Origin: Bdellovibrionales bacterium
GTDB lineage: Bacteria > Bdellovibrionota > Bdellovibrionia > Bdellovibrionales > UBA1609
Assembly: GCA_965219095.1 (NCBI GenBank)
Contig: CBDCMT010000001.1
Location: forward strand, 2,208,001 to 2,272,000
Length of the DNA stretch: 64,000 bases
Direction: 5' to 3'
Made by a program: the position numbers and the translations under genes. Below the pieces are notes generated by a model. The model saw nothing but the letters and a program-made list of their open reading frames with translations, was not told where the DNA came from and ran no database searches. Of this stretch, positions 41,006-51,437 are shown piece after piece (position 1 is the stretch's first letter; every line of letters begins with the position of its first letter).

Positions 41006-41683
41006 TTAATTCCTTTCTCCTAAAAGAGATGTCCCTAGACGTATTATAGTCGCTCCTTCTTCAATAGCAACTTTATAGTCTTGGCTTGTTCCCATAGAAA
41101 GGGTTGAGAGAGTATGAGGAGAACTCAGAGAGGAACTGTATCGCTCTGCCGTTTCTCTGAGTTTCGCAAAATAGGGTCTTGAATCTCCCTTTAAAGGAGG
41201 CATGGTCATTAATCCTTTTAAAACAAGATTTTTCTTTTTTTGAATCAAATCTAAAAAACTTTCCAGTTCTGATAAGAAAATCCCTCCCTTTGTAGACTCT
41301 TTACTTAAGTTAAGTTGGAGCAAAAAGGGGCAAGGTGTATGAGATTCTTGAGCTATGAGTTTAACAATCTTTTTTGTGTCAACGGAATGAATGAGGCATA
41401 CTTTTTTTAAAATTTTTTTTAATTTATTAGTCTGAATCTTACCTATAAAATGCCATACTATAGAGGAATGGTGGAAGTTTTTTTGTTTTTCCTCAAGTTC
41501 TTTAAGATAATTTTCTCCAAAAATTCTTAAGCCTAATTTGTAAGCTTCTTGTAGTTTTTCTATGGATTGACCTTTTGAAGCTACAAGAAGTTTTACGGAA
41601 TGAGAAGACTTTTGGCTTTTTTTTAGAGCCTCTTTGATGTTAAGCTTTATAAGATCAAGTTTTTTTTCTAATATGCCATCCAT
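41006..41683 (-). CDS. yggS: PLP homeostasis protein
   Basis: VASKGQ, FGENY, WHFIGKIQTNK, GLMTMPP, LSMGTSQD, RLGT. Confidence 0.96.
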   Translation of the reverse strand: MDGILEKKLDLIKLNIKEALKKSQKSSHSVKLLVASKGQSIEKLQEAYKLGLRIFGENYLKELEEKQKNFHHSSIVWHFIGKIQTNKLKKILKKVCLIHSVDTKKIVKLIAQESHTPCPFLLQLNLSKESTKGGIFLSELESFLDLIQKKKNLVLKGLMTMPPLKGDSRPYFAKLRETAERYSSSLSSPHTLSTLSMGTSQDYKVAIEEGATIIRLGTSLLGERN

Positions 41684-42254
41684 TGTCCTTTACCATTTTT
41701 TGAAAGAGTTCTAAAGGAAGGCCTCTTACGTTGCTCAAAGAGCCTTCTTTTTTTGTTATAAAATGGCGGGCAGGCCCTAGAATGCTATAGCCACCAGCCT
41801 TTTTTTCATAATCTTTAGTCTTTATAAAATTGTCTATTTCTTTTTGAGTTAAAGTTTTAAATGTAATAAAAGTTGTATCAATACTACTGATAAAACTGTT
41901 TTTAGCTCCATCATAAAAACAGAGAGCCGTTTTTACAGAATGAACAGAGCCTGAGAGTGTTTTCATATGGGAAAAGGCTTCTTTTTGATCCTGAGGCTTG
42001 CCTAAAGTCTTGTTCTTTATACAAACTAAGGTATCGGCTGAAAGAAGAAGGAGCTTTTTTGGTTCTTTTAGGACTTTTGTTTTTAAAAAAGCCTCAGACT
42101 TTTGTCTTGCTATCCTTTGAATTGCTTCATCTAAATTTATGTTTTTATTTAATTTTTCCGATATAGAAACTGAAGATGTACGAAAAATAAAACCGTTTTC
42201 AGAGAGGATTTTACGTCTTTCTGGAGATTGGGAGACGAGGATAAAATTAAGCAT
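41655..42254 (-). CDS. maf: Maf-family nucleoside triphosphate pyrophosphatase
   Basis: ILVSQSPERR, SADT, GKP, KAGGY, NVRGLP. Confidence 0.93.
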   Translation of the reverse strand: MLNFILVSQSPERRKILSENGFIFRTSSVSISEKLNKNINLDEAIQRIARQKSEAFLKTKVLKEPKKLLLLSADTLVCIKNKTLGKPQDQKEAFSHMKTLSGSVHSVKTALCFYDGAKNSFISSIDTTFITFKTLTQKEIDNFIKTKDYEKKAGGYSILGPARHFITKKEGSLSNVRGLPLELFQKMVKDNGWHIRKKT

Positions 42255-42284
42255 ATGGAAGTATTAGAACAAAAAGGGTGAAAA

Positions 42285-43196
42285 ATGTTAAGTTATGAAT
42301 TATTTCTTCTTGTTTCAGGCTTGTTTTTAGCAGGCCTAAGCGTTTATTTAATAGCAAATTTGTTTTTAAGCACTGTTAACGCATCACAAAATCAAGTTCT
42401 ATGGTCCGATTCAGAAGAATCCCAAAGGTTTAACTCCCCTCTTATGAGGTTTTTACTCACTTTAGCACGTCAGCTAACTATAAAATATGCTCCTCGGTTG
42501 TTAAATGAAAAAAGAAGAAAGGTTATAGAAAAAAAAATTTTAACAGCAGGCTTTTCAAAAATTTTAAATGTCAATGAATTTGTAGCCTTACAGATTTTAA
42601 TAGGTGTTCTTTTCCCCATAGTTTTTTTTCTTATGAATTTTGCTTTACGGATGGGATGGCCTTGGTTTTTATTTTTAGTGATCGGTTTTTTAGGTTATAA
42701 GCTTCCCTACATTTATTGTCGTATGGAAAAACAAAAACGAGATAATTCTGTTCTTATAGAATTTCCTTTTTTTGTTGATCTTCTTGCCCTATCTATTGAG
42801 GCAGGGCTTGAGTTTATAAATGCTCTTCAAAAAATTGTTATGAAAGTGAAAAAAGAATCCATTTTATCAAAGGAAATTAATATCGTTTTACAAGACATTA
42901 AAATAGGAAGTTCTAGGCAAGAAGCTTTAAGAGGTTTAGAAGCTCGTCTGGATTTACCTGAGGTTTCAAGTTTTGTGAATCTTGTTATTGATTCATCTCA
43001 AACAGGCGTAGGTATAGGAGAGGTTTTAAAACAACAATCCCATCAAATAAGAGCAGAAAGATTTATTAAAGCAGAAAAAAAAGGAGCGAAAGCCTCAGTT
43101 CATATTTTAATCCCTATGGCTTTATTTATCATTCCTGCGATTTTCATTGCTGTCATGGCCCCTGCTGTTTTAACTATGTTTTACGGAGGAGGTTAA
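42285..43196 (+). CDS. tadC: Tad pilus inner-membrane platform protein TadC (T2SS F family)
   Basis: FPFFVDLLALSIEAGL, GSSRQEAL, AEKKGAK...IPMALFIIPA. Confidence 0.9.
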   Translation: MLSYELFLLVSGLFLAGLSVYLIANLFLSTVNASQNQVLWSDSEESQRFNSPLMRFLLTLARQLTIKYAPRLLNEKRRKVIEKKILTAGFSKILNVNEFVALQILIGVLFPIVFFLMNFALRMGWPWFLFLVIGFLGYKLPYIYCRMEKQKRDNSVLIEFPFFVDLLALSIEAGLEFINALQKIVMKVKKESILSKEINIVLQDIKIGSSRQEALRGLEARLDLPEVSSFVNLVIDSSQTGVGIGEVLKQQSHQIRAERFIKAEKKGAKASVHILIPMALFIIPAIFIAVMAPAVLTMFYGGG

Positions 43197-43200
43197 TCTA

Positions 43201-43542
43201 TTGAAATTATTGATCAATAAGTCGAAAGAATCTGTTTTAGCAAAAGAAGTTTTAAAACCTAAAAGCTTTTTTAAAAGGGTTAAAGGGCTTTTAGGTTGCT
43301 CTTGTTTTGATTCTTATAAAACTCTTTGGATTACAGACTGCTCTAGCATTCATACATTTTTTATGAAGTTTTCCATTGATGTTGTTTTTGTAGATAAGTT
43401 TTTAAAAGTGAAAAAAGTTTACCAGAGTGTTCCTCCTGGAAAAATTCTTTTTGGAGGGTTTCAAGCTCGATCTGTTTTTGAATTTTCAGAAGGAGGTGCA
43501 AAAAATGTTAATATAGGAGATCAATTGCATGTGGATTCTTAA
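43201..43542 (+). CDS. DUF192-family protein
   Basis: FFKRVKGLLG, CSSIHTFFMKFSIDVVFVD; TTG start. Confidence 0.88.
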   Translation: MKLLINKSKESVLAKEVLKPKSFFKRVKGLLGCSCFDSYKTLWITDCSSIHTFFMKFSIDVVFVDKFLKVKKVYQSVPPGKILFGGFQARSVFEFSEGGAKNVNIGDQLHVDS

Positions 43543-45118
43543 AGTTTTGTCAGGTCAGCAAAAAGATCAAACTTTTGAGTTCAAACCAGGAAGTTATACT
43601 ATAGGGCGAAGTAATTCCTGTGATGTTATTTTAACAAGTGATGGAATTTCCAAACAACATGCTCAGCTTGTTGTATCCCCTGTAGGTAGTTTTATTAAAG
43701 ATCTAGGTTCTCGTAATGGAGTTTTTGTCAACGGAGTTAAAGTTCTGGAAAAACAATTGCAACCGGGAGAACAAATCACACTCCATGATGTGTTTTTAAA
43801 GTTAGAAGTTCAGGATCGTATTTTATCCATGACTTCTTTCCCCAGCCAAGGAAATTTAGCCTACGCTCAAAATTTAGAAGAAAATTTCCCCAACTCTTTT
43901 GAAAACAAAGAAGTTCATAGAGATCACAGAAAACAGTTTGCAGGTTTTGTCCAGAGATGTCAGGAGTATATAGAAAGCGTTGTTCTTCCTGGCGTTTATA
44001 AATTGCCAGAGTTGTTTAATTTCAAATGGGTTATTGGATTTTTACTTTTTTGTTTTGTTATTTTTGTAACAAGTCTTTCCTCTATACCTTTAGTTCGTAT
44101 TTTAAAAACAAGTATTGAGCAGGAAAGCCAAAGAAGAGCTATGACCATTGCTAAAACTTTAACTTTTGCTAACTTGGATGTTGTAGCTCAAGGGGTTTTC
44201 TCTTCTTTGTCTGTAGATTTTGCATTAAAAGAACCAGGAGTCAGACAAGCTTATATCATTAACTCTCTTGACGGCAGCGTTTTAGCACCAGTGAAATCTT
44301 TAGGAACCTTTCCTGATCTCCCCTTTGTCCATGAAGCACGTCAAGAGGGAAAAGAAGCTTTAAAGCAAGTTGATAACAATACCATTGTAGCTGTTTCTCC
44401 TATTACTGTTTTTGATTCGGACAAAGGATTTCCTACAGCTAAAGCTCTCTCTGTTGTGGTTTATAATATGGGGATTTTAGCTGTGGGAGATAAAAGAAAG
44501 GTAAGTCTTTTTATCCAAACCTTTTTCATTGCTTTATTAGTAGGCTCTTTACTTTTCTTTTTTATATGGAAGCTTGTGGAAAAACCTTTTTCTTCTTTAA
44601 ATTCACAAATGGATGAGGCTCTGAAGTCAGATACAGCTTTGCTAATAAGTTCTTACAGATTTCCCATATTTCAAAGTTTTATAGAGAACGTGAATAATGC
44701 TCTTAACCGTATGAGGCATGGACAAGAATCTTACGAAAAAGAAAGGTTTGTCGAGCAAGATCGCAGTCAGGAGATGAAAAACATTGTAGAGCTTATAGGC
44801 TTTCCTTCTATGACCCTAAGAGCAGGGGATTTGACTGTCTTATCCTTAAACTCAAACTTTGAAGAGCTTTTAGGTATGACTTCAGCAGATCTTCTTTACA
44901 AGTCTCTTGATCAGTTTCCCGATCAATCCTTAAAGCTAGCCTTAAAGGATTTAACCACTCAGGCTGATATCAATCCAGGAGATCTTTGTTCCCAGCCGAT
45001 GGAGTTTTCCGGCTCTGAATATGAAGTGATCTTGCAGGCTGTATATGGATCTCAAGAAATAGCCTATTATCTTACTGTGATCGCTCCCAAAGAAGAGGAG
45101 GAAGAGAGTTATGAGTAA
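43529..45118 (+). CDS. FHA-domain membrane protein with periplasmic and PAS-like regions
   Basis: IGRSNSCD...ISKQHA...DLGSRNG FHA; two TMs; C-terminal PAS-like segment. Confidence 0.88.
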   Translation: MWILKVLSGQQKDQTFEFKPGSYTIGRSNSCDVILTSDGISKQHAQLVVSPVGSFIKDLGSRNGVFVNGVKVLEKQLQPGEQITLHDVFLKLEVQDRILSMTSFPSQGNLAYAQNLEENFPNSFENKEVHRDHRKQFAGFVQRCQEYIESVVLPGVYKLPELFNFKWVIGFLLFCFVIFVTSLSSIPLVRILKTSIEQESQRRAMTIAKTLTFANLDVVAQGVFSSLSVDFALKEPGVRQAYIINSLDGSVLAPVKSLGTFPDLPFVHEARQEGKEALKQVDNNTIVAVSPITVFDSDKGFPTAKALSVVVYNMGILAVGDKRKVSLFIQTFFIALLVGSLLFFFIWKLVEKPFSSLNSQMDEALKSDTALLISSYRFPIFQSFIENVNNALNRMRHGQESYEKERFVEQDRSQEMKNIVELIGFPSMTLRAGDLTVLSLNSNFEELLGMTSADLLYKSLDQFPDQSLKLALKDLTTQADINPGDLCSQPMEFSGSEYEVILQAVYGSQEIAYYLTVIAPKEEEEESYE

Positions 45119-46025
45119 TTTAACTCTTAAAACTCAACCTCTTTGTAGCTTAGAAATTTTATCAGGGATTGAAAAGGGAAAGTGTTTTAAGTTAATAGGG
45201 CGAGAGGTTTCCATAGGTCGAAGTCGAAAAAATGACATTAGTCTTTTGCATGATGAATCTTGTAGTCGAAAGCATGCTATTTTAAAAATTGATTTTAACA
45301 ACCATGCTTTTATTTCTGTAAATGATGATCATAAAACTCTTAAGCTTAATGGGCAGATCGTAAAAGGGGGAAGAGTTCGACATGGAGATAAAATTGAAAT
45401 TGGAAAGACAAAACTTCTCTTTCAATCATCCATGGCTTTAGAAGAAAAGAAAACTTCTGCAAGTAAAATTCAAAGAAAAGGGATTCTTAAAAAGAAGCAT
45501 GGAATGTTTTATGCTGTCATAGGAATTGTCGTTTTCCTTTTTTTATTTTTGTTTTCTGGAGGAGAGGAAAAAAAGAAAAATCTTAAAATTCGCACAGACA
45601 GTGAAATTAAAAAAATTGTTTTAGAGAACAAAAAAATATTTGAGAAATTAAAAGAGATAAAAAAAGAAAAAGGACAGCTTTCTAAAGAGTATCAAAGATC
45701 TCAAGCTTTGTTCTTATCAGGTTTGCGAGACTATAAAAATCAACTTTTTGAAAAGGCTGTTGATTATTTTTATGCATGCCTGTCTATTTTTCCTGATCAC
45801 CCTCTATGTAAGAGATACCTTTCTACAACCAGAAAAAGGTTAAGCGAAAAAATTCAGGGCTTTATGAAAAAAGGGCAATGGCATAAAGAAAATCAACAGT
45901 ATAAGAAGTGTTATCAATCTTATTTTCAAGCTATGAACTTAATTAAAGACAATAAAAAACAACTCTATAGAGAAGCTGAATCAGGAGCTCATTATTGTAA
46001 ATTTTTAACAAAGAACATTTATTGA
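45111..46025 (+). CDS. FHA-domain protein with TM and TPR-like C-terminus
   Basis: IGRSRKND...CSRKHA; one TM; helical repeats. Confidence 0.85.
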   Translation: MSNLTLKTQPLCSLEILSGIEKGKCFKLIGREVSIGRSRKNDISLLHDESCSRKHAILKIDFNNHAFISVNDDHKTLKLNGQIVKGGRVRHGDKIEIGKTKLLFQSSMALEEKKTSASKIQRKGILKKKHGMFYAVIGIVVFLFLFLFSGGEEKKKNLKIRTDSEIKKIVLENKKIFEKLKEIKKEKGQLSKEYQRSQALFLSGLRDYKNQLFEKAVDYFYACLSIFPDHPLCKRYLSTTRKRLSEKIQGFMKKGQWHKENQQYKKCYQSYFQAMNLIKDNKKQLYREAESGAHYCKFLTKNIY

Positions 46026-46034
46026 GGATTAACA

Positions 46035-47852
46035 ATGGCATTTACAAAGTTAAGAATTTTTTTAAAGGGAAGAGAGATTGAAACTTTCAGCCTCAATGAC
46101 CTTTCTGAGTTTACCATAGGAAGAAGTTCTCAATGTAATTATGTTCTAAAGCAGGGTAAAAAAATCTCCCGTAAGCATATACGACTTTATAAAGAAGAGG
46201 ATACAAATGTATGGGTGGCTGAAAATCTTTCTCGCTTTAAACACTTTTTTGTGAAATCTAAAACTGTAGATAAGTTGGTTTTAAAAAATGGTTCAAAATT
46301 CTCCTGCCCTCCCTATGAGTTTTTGTACGAAGAGACTCAACAAGAAAAAAATAAAGAAGATTCTAAGTTCTTAGAAAGCTCTTCTGATGATGACACTATA
46401 ACTTCTTTTTCTCAGATCCAAGGCTTTCTGGAAGCCTATCATCAAGAAAAAGGCTTTAAGAGCTTCTCATTGAGTCAGACAAATGTGACTTTCGGCAAAG
46501 GGAAAAACTGTGATGAGATCTTAGAAGAAAGCTCTCAAGAACAAGCTTTTTTTGAAATTTTTAAATCTACAGACGGCTTTTTTATTGAACCTCTTCAAGC
46601 TTCAGTCAAGATTAAAAAAAATACACTAACAAGTCGACAGAGGCTCAATAGTGGTGATCTTTTTGAATGTGAGGGTTGGAGTTTTACTTTCTTAGAAAAA
46701 AATAAAGCTATTGAAGAAAAAATCAATAAGTTCCCTTCTCTGTCTTCTGCCTCTCATTCTTATGCCTCCTCACAACCTCTTTCTGTTATTGTTGAAACGA
46801 AAAAAAGTTTTTTTAAATCTCCGAGGTTAAAAAAACTTATGGGAGCTAGTCTCGTTTTAATTGTTATGCTTGCTTTCTTTTCAGGTCATAAAAATCCTAA
46901 AAAAATAGAGAAAAAACCTGTCAGTCCTTATGATCAATTGACTGAAACAGAAAAAATTCAAATTGAACACTCTTTTGAATTAGCCAGAAAACAAAGTGAT
47001 AAGATGAAGTATACCTTATGCCTTGAAGAACTCAAAGTCATTCATAGCTTTTTATCCTCGTATAAGGACTCTCAAGAACTAAAGGCTAAATGTAAAATTG
47101 GTTTAGAACAGGAAAGACGCTATAAAAGGCTAGCACAATTAGAAGAACAGGAAAGAAGAACAAAACAAAAAGTTAAAGAAAAGGTTTTAGTATGCAAGAA
47201 GAAATCTTTAACTTTTAGAAGTGTTGAAGAACTCAAAGAATGTCTAGGGGAGAGCATAAATCTCTATCCTGGATTTGAAGATATGCAACAACTAGAAATG
47301 AACGTGAAAGTAAGATTGAGAAATGAAGAAGAAAGAAAAGAACAGAATGCTATCTATAGAGAAAAAGTAGAAAAAGGTGTTCAACACTACCAAAAAGCCA
47401 TAAGCTTTAAAGAAAAAACACCTTTAAAAACAAGAATGTCTTATCTTAAAGCCTATATAAATACTCCTTATCCTGATCCTAACCACTTAAAGGCTAAAGC
47501 TAGGAGAAACTTAGCTTCTCTTGAAAAAGATTTTCATAGAAAAATAAACGCACATCTTAATCAATGTAAAACAGCATTTGAAAAGAAATATTATAAACAA
47601 GCTTACTCTTCTTGTAACCTTGCCCTTAAAGAGGATTTAAGTCATCAAGAAGCCAAAAATTTAAAAAGAAAAATTATTAATGAAAAGGATCAAAAAATGC
47701 GCCATTACTATAACCAAGCTACACTTGAGGAGGGCTTTCGAAATATATATACTGCTAGAAAGTATTGGCAAAGAATTCTTAAGGAAGATGTTGAGGATGG
47801 AACCTATTACCAAAAAGCCAAGCGCAAATTAGATCAATATGGAGATCTTTAA
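46035..47852 (+). CDS. Tandem FHA-domain protein with TM and TPR-like periplasmic region
   Basis: IGRSSQC...ISRKHI, second degenerate FHA (FGKGKNCD), TM, helical C-terminus. Confidence 0.83.
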   Translation: MAFTKLRIFLKGREIETFSLNDLSEFTIGRSSQCNYVLKQGKKISRKHIRLYKEEDTNVWVAENLSRFKHFFVKSKTVDKLVLKNGSKFSCPPYEFLYEETQQEKNKEDSKFLESSSDDDTITSFSQIQGFLEAYHQEKGFKSFSLSQTNVTFGKGKNCDEILEESSQEQAFFEIFKSTDGFFIEPLQASVKIKKNTLTSRQRLNSGDLFECEGWSFTFLEKNKAIEEKINKFPSLSSASHSYASSQPLSVIVETKKSFFKSPRLKKLMGASLVLIVMLAFFSGHKNPKKIEKKPVSPYDQLTETEKIQIEHSFELARKQSDKMKYTLCLEELKVIHSFLSSYKDSQELKAKCKIGLEQERRYKRLAQLEEQERRTKQKVKEKVLVCKKKSLTFRSVEELKECLGESINLYPGFEDMQQLEMNVKVRLRNEEERKEQNAIYREKVEKGVQHYQKAISFKEKTPLKTRMSYLKAYINTPYPDPNHLKAKARRNLASLEKDFHRKINAHLNQCKTAFEKKYYKQAYSSCNLALKEDLSHQEAKNLKRKIINEKDQKMRHYYNQATLEEGFRNIYTARKYWQRILKEDVEDGTYYQKAKRKLDQYGDL

Positions 47853-48556
47853 TGAAGTCATTCGAACACTCTTCTTACGGTGGAGAGCTTTTCCGTCCTC
47901 AACCCGAAATATGGATTGATGAAGGAGGTTCTTTCATAGCTATTTTGACAGCCTGGGGTAAAACTAAAGGAGTCCACAAATCCATAGATCGACTCAAAGA
48001 GTTTTTAGAAAACCTCTCTGAAGATTTTGATGAAGATGTCACTTCAGCTTTTGAAAATTTAGAAGAACTTTCTTTCTTAGGAAATCGTTTGAGGAATTCT
48101 GTTCTTATGTTAAATGAGGCTTTGTTAGAAGAGGAAAATAAACATGAGTATAAGCTGGGGTTTGAGATTTTTTTAGGGGGCTTTCGTCAAAATGAACTCA
48201 CTTGGATTCAGTATGGCCAACCCTCAGTATACTTTATAAGAGAAAAGAGGCCTGTCATCAACCTAGGTCTTCAAACAGATTTTTCTTTAGATCACAGTAT
48301 TTCCGAAAACACCCTTCCCCCTCTTCCTAAACATCTTCTAGGTTTATTTCCTTTGAATACAGTTTACGTTAATACAACAAGAATTTATAAAGGAGACAGA
48401 CTTTTGTTTTTGAGCAGAAGTCTTGCACCTCAGTGCATAGAAAAAATAGAAGATAACAAAAGGGATATGAAGTCTTTGAGGCGGTTTTTATCCCAAGATG
48501 ATAAAACCATGCCTTTTTGGATGGGTTTACTGGAAGTAGATGAATTCTTAAGATAA
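47852..48556 (+). CDS. Hypothetical protein, possible degenerate PP2C/SpoIIE-like fold
   Basis: WIQYGQPSVYFIR, LLG...GDRLLFLS pattern resembles the PP2C scaffold without the catalytic DG motifs. Confidence 0.45.
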   Translation: MKSFEHSSYGGELFRPQPEIWIDEGGSFIAILTAWGKTKGVHKSIDRLKEFLENLSEDFDEDVTSAFENLEELSFLGNRLRNSVLMLNEALLEEENKHEYKLGFEIFLGGFRQNELTWIQYGQPSVYFIREKRPVINLGLQTDFSLDHSISENTLPPLPKHLLGLFPLNTVYVNTTRIYKGDRLLFLSRSLAPQCIEKIEDNKRDMKSLRRFLSQDDKTMPFWMGLLEVDEFLR

Positions 48557-48561
48557 GAAAA

Positions 48562-50448
48562 TCACTTTTTTTCGTTTTCTAAAGAAAAGGAAAAATAGAC
48601 TTTATTGTTTTCAGTACAAATGGAAGGTTTTTTAATGTACTTTAAGTGAGAACTGTTTTCTAAATTCTTTATTTTATTTTCTATAACTAACTGTGTAATA
48701 TAGTTTATGCTAAAATCCAAGATCATAAAGTCAGCAACAGAGACTACAGGAACGGCAAGTGTGAAAATAAGTGTCTCAAGATTAAATATATCATTTAAAC
48801 CTAAAATTTTTTTCACTTTAACATCCTTATACTTAAACATTGAGATTCTTTGTTTTTCTTTATTGTAGAAGGGTTTAATGGGTATTTTGAGCTTATACCT
48901 TTGTTTTTTTACAAGAAATATAAAGATAGGATTTTTTTTATAAACTTTCAATGAAAGATCAATGAACAGCTTTTGGTTTTCACTTAGAAATTTAAAATCT
49001 CTGATTTTGAATTTAACAAAAGGCTGAGTTTTATGACAGGAGATTTTATTTTGTTTTCTATCAAAGCAAAGGGTGAACTTTTTAGGAAATTTTTTCTTAA
49101 AATAATACATTATATAGTTTATCGTTTCTATTTTTGTCTCTAAAGTGACATGTGAAGCGACTTTGTTATCCTGACATAACTTTGTTTTAGGATTTGTAAA
49201 GGTTTTATCTACCTCTTCTTTTGTAAAATGGCTTTTTGCCCCTTTGAAAAGAAGATGCATATCGAAGTCTATGTTTTGCTCTAAGGACTTTCTTATTTTT
49301 CTAATGTAAAGTGTGGGCTTTTCAAGTTCGAGTTCCTCTTGAGAATCAGACAATTTTGAAGAAGATAACTTAAAGCCTGAACGTACATGAGTGTTCAATT
49401 TTTTCACAACCTTAGGGAAAACTTTCTTTTTGAGCAGTTTGCTTAAAAGAGTTTTTGTATAAACTCTTACCATGTGATCAAGGAGAGTTTTAGAACAAAT
49501 AGAGTTCTTACGGTTAAAATCATCAGAAAGGCAGTCTTCGTAGTTTGAAGCCAAAGAACTGACATAAGAGAGGTCGATGAAAGTAAGAGGGTTTGTGTGA
49601 ACAAAAGCTTTTTTTGCTCTTTTGTCCTCCACATCTTGGTTCAGGTCTCCTAAATTTAATGAAAAAACAAAGGGAGTTTCTTCTAAAGAGAATTTTACAG
49701 ACTCTTGTTTTATGTAAAAAAGGTCTTCTATGGAGGTAAAACTGTAGAAAATTTTCCCAGAGACACAAAAAGGTTTCTCAGGATAAAGAGGCTTTACGGA
49801 AAAAAACGATGGACTCTCAACTTTTACGTAAGTTCTGTTGTCTAAAAGAGAGCGAGTTGATATTTTATCAATTACAAGATCTAACTCAGAAACACAAACG
49901 TTTAGCATAAAACTTTGCTCTAACTCATCTATATTTTCTATAGAAAGATCTGAAATTTTTTGATTTTTTATTATGAGGTTTGTAAAAGTTATCTCTGTGG
50001 GATCAGGGTAGAGAAGATGATAATTTTTAAGAGGTATGCGAGTGAAAGAATAAGGTACCCCCCAACAAGTCTCCCAGATTTCTTTCAAACTCTTTTGACC
50101 TCTAGCATATTTCTCTAAGTGATAACAATCGCTCTTGTTAGGACTTATTGTTAAATGGTCATACAGTTTAAGATCCTTTACTTCACGGTAACCTAATCTT
50201 TGCAAGACTCTTAAACCTAAATGAGAGATAATATTCTCTTTTACAGAGAAAGTAAAGCTAAAATGCTTTATGTTTTTTAAATTTTCAAGCTCTTTCTTAG
50301 TTTGCTTTTTGATATTTTTCTGTCTATTACTGAAATTATTATAGAAATGAAAATGAGGTTGATTTAAAGGTTGAGAGTGTAAAGTAAGAGTAAAGAGAAA
50401 ATCTAAAAGAAAGATAAAGCCTAAGAGTGGAATTTTTACGAACTTCAT
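48562..50448 (-). CDS. Secreted hypothetical protein
   Basis: 628-aa ORF with signal peptide; overlaps upstream gene by 4 nt. Confidence 0.75.
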   Translation of the reverse strand: MKFVKIPLLGFIFLLDFLFTLTLHSQPLNQPHFHFYNNFSNRQKNIKKQTKKELENLKNIKHFSFTFSVKENIISHLGLRVLQRLGYREVKDLKLYDHLTISPNKSDCYHLEKYARGQKSLKEIWETCWGVPYSFTRIPLKNYHLLYPDPTEITFTNLIIKNQKISDLSIENIDELEQSFMLNVCVSELDLVIDKISTRSLLDNRTYVKVESPSFFSVKPLYPEKPFCVSGKIFYSFTSIEDLFYIKQESVKFSLEETPFVFSLNLGDLNQDVEDKRAKKAFVHTNPLTFIDLSYVSSLASNYEDCLSDDFNRKNSICSKTLLDHMVRVYTKTLLSKLLKKKVFPKVVKKLNTHVRSGFKLSSSKLSDSQEELELEKPTLYIRKIRKSLEQNIDFDMHLLFKGAKSHFTKEEVDKTFTNPKTKLCQDNKVASHVTLETKIETINYIMYYFKKKFPKKFTLCFDRKQNKISCHKTQPFVKFKIRDFKFLSENQKLFIDLSLKVYKKNPIFIFLVKKQRYKLKIPIKPFYNKEKQRISMFKYKDVKVKKILGLNDIFNLETLIFTLAVPVVSVADFMILDFSINYITQLVIENKIKNLENSSHLKYIKKPSICTENNKVYFSFSLENEKK

Positions 50449-51437
50449 TTTCTAGACTCCTCTATAGGCTTTTCTCTAGACTCCTCTATGTTTACAGGGT
50501 AAAGATCGTCACAAACATCTACGTTCAAGATGACAGTTTCATTTGATAAAGTTTTATCTAGAGATAAAGAGAGAGAACGTAATGTTCCTTCTTTTACAGG
50601 ACTTTGATTGTTGATTCTAAAAAGTTTAACTTTTTCAAAATTTATTTTTTGAACATAATCAATAACAAGCCTGTTTCTAACTTTTTTTGATAAATTAACT
50701 AAAGAGGTTTCTAAACTTTTCGTAAGTTTTTCAAAGCTTTGTTTCCATAGAGGAGCTTCGAGAGAGATGGAGAGCTTATTGAGTTGAAAGTTTGAGATCT
50801 TTTCATAAGACAGAAGGTTTGGAGAGAGAAGGCTTGGGGGGGTGAATTCAACATGCAAATAACCTTGAGAAGGCACTGTGAGCTTTAACTCAGGAGGGGT
50901 TTTGAAAAACACGTCAAGATTTTGTGAATAATTGAAATGAAGGTCATAAGCTTCTAAGCAAAAAGAGTCTGCACTCTCCACACTGGCTTTAAAGCTGTCA
51001 TCTACATAGATTAAATTAAGCTCTTGACTTGAGATCTTAAGGTCTCCTTCTATAGAAATGTCTTTCAGACATAATTTGAAATTTTTTATTGTTTTTGAAT
51101 CTGAACTCCTGAACTCTTCAAATTCAAAATTTGATAGGGAAAAATGGTCAAGTATTTTTAAATTTTTTACTTTCGTATTTAATGTTAAAAATTCATTGTT
51201 ATGGCTATGAAAAATAGAAAGGTTAGTAAAGTACGTATTCATTTTCTGTAAAAGAAGCTTTTTTGTAACTCTTTCTAAAGTAGGCTTCCAGCCTTCTAAA
51301 AACTCAAAAAGTACTTCATGATTAATAGAAAGCTCCACAACCTTTCTTTTTTCTTCATGACAAAGAACTGCATAAGAAGAAGGTGAAAGAAGGGAAATAT
51401 AGATATAAAATAAAGAAAACTGTAAGAGACGAATCAT
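50445..51437 (-). CDS. Secreted hypothetical protein
   Basis: 330-aa ORF, signal peptide ending SYA; ATGA overlaps. Confidence 0.75.
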   Translation of the reverse strand: MIRLLQFSLFYIYISLLSPSSYAVLCHEEKRKVVELSINHEVLFEFLEGWKPTLERVTKKLLLQKMNTYFTNLSIFHSHNNEFLTLNTKVKNLKILDHFSLSNFEFEEFRSSDSKTIKNFKLCLKDISIEGDLKISSQELNLIYVDDSFKASVESADSFCLEAYDLHFNYSQNLDVFFKTPPELKLTVPSQGYLHVEFTPPSLLSPNLLSYEKISNFQLNKLSISLEAPLWKQSFEKLTKSLETSLVNLSKKVRNRLVIDYVQKINFEKVKLFRINNQSPVKEGTLRSLSLSLDKTLSNETVILNVDVCDDLYPVNIEESREKPIEESRK

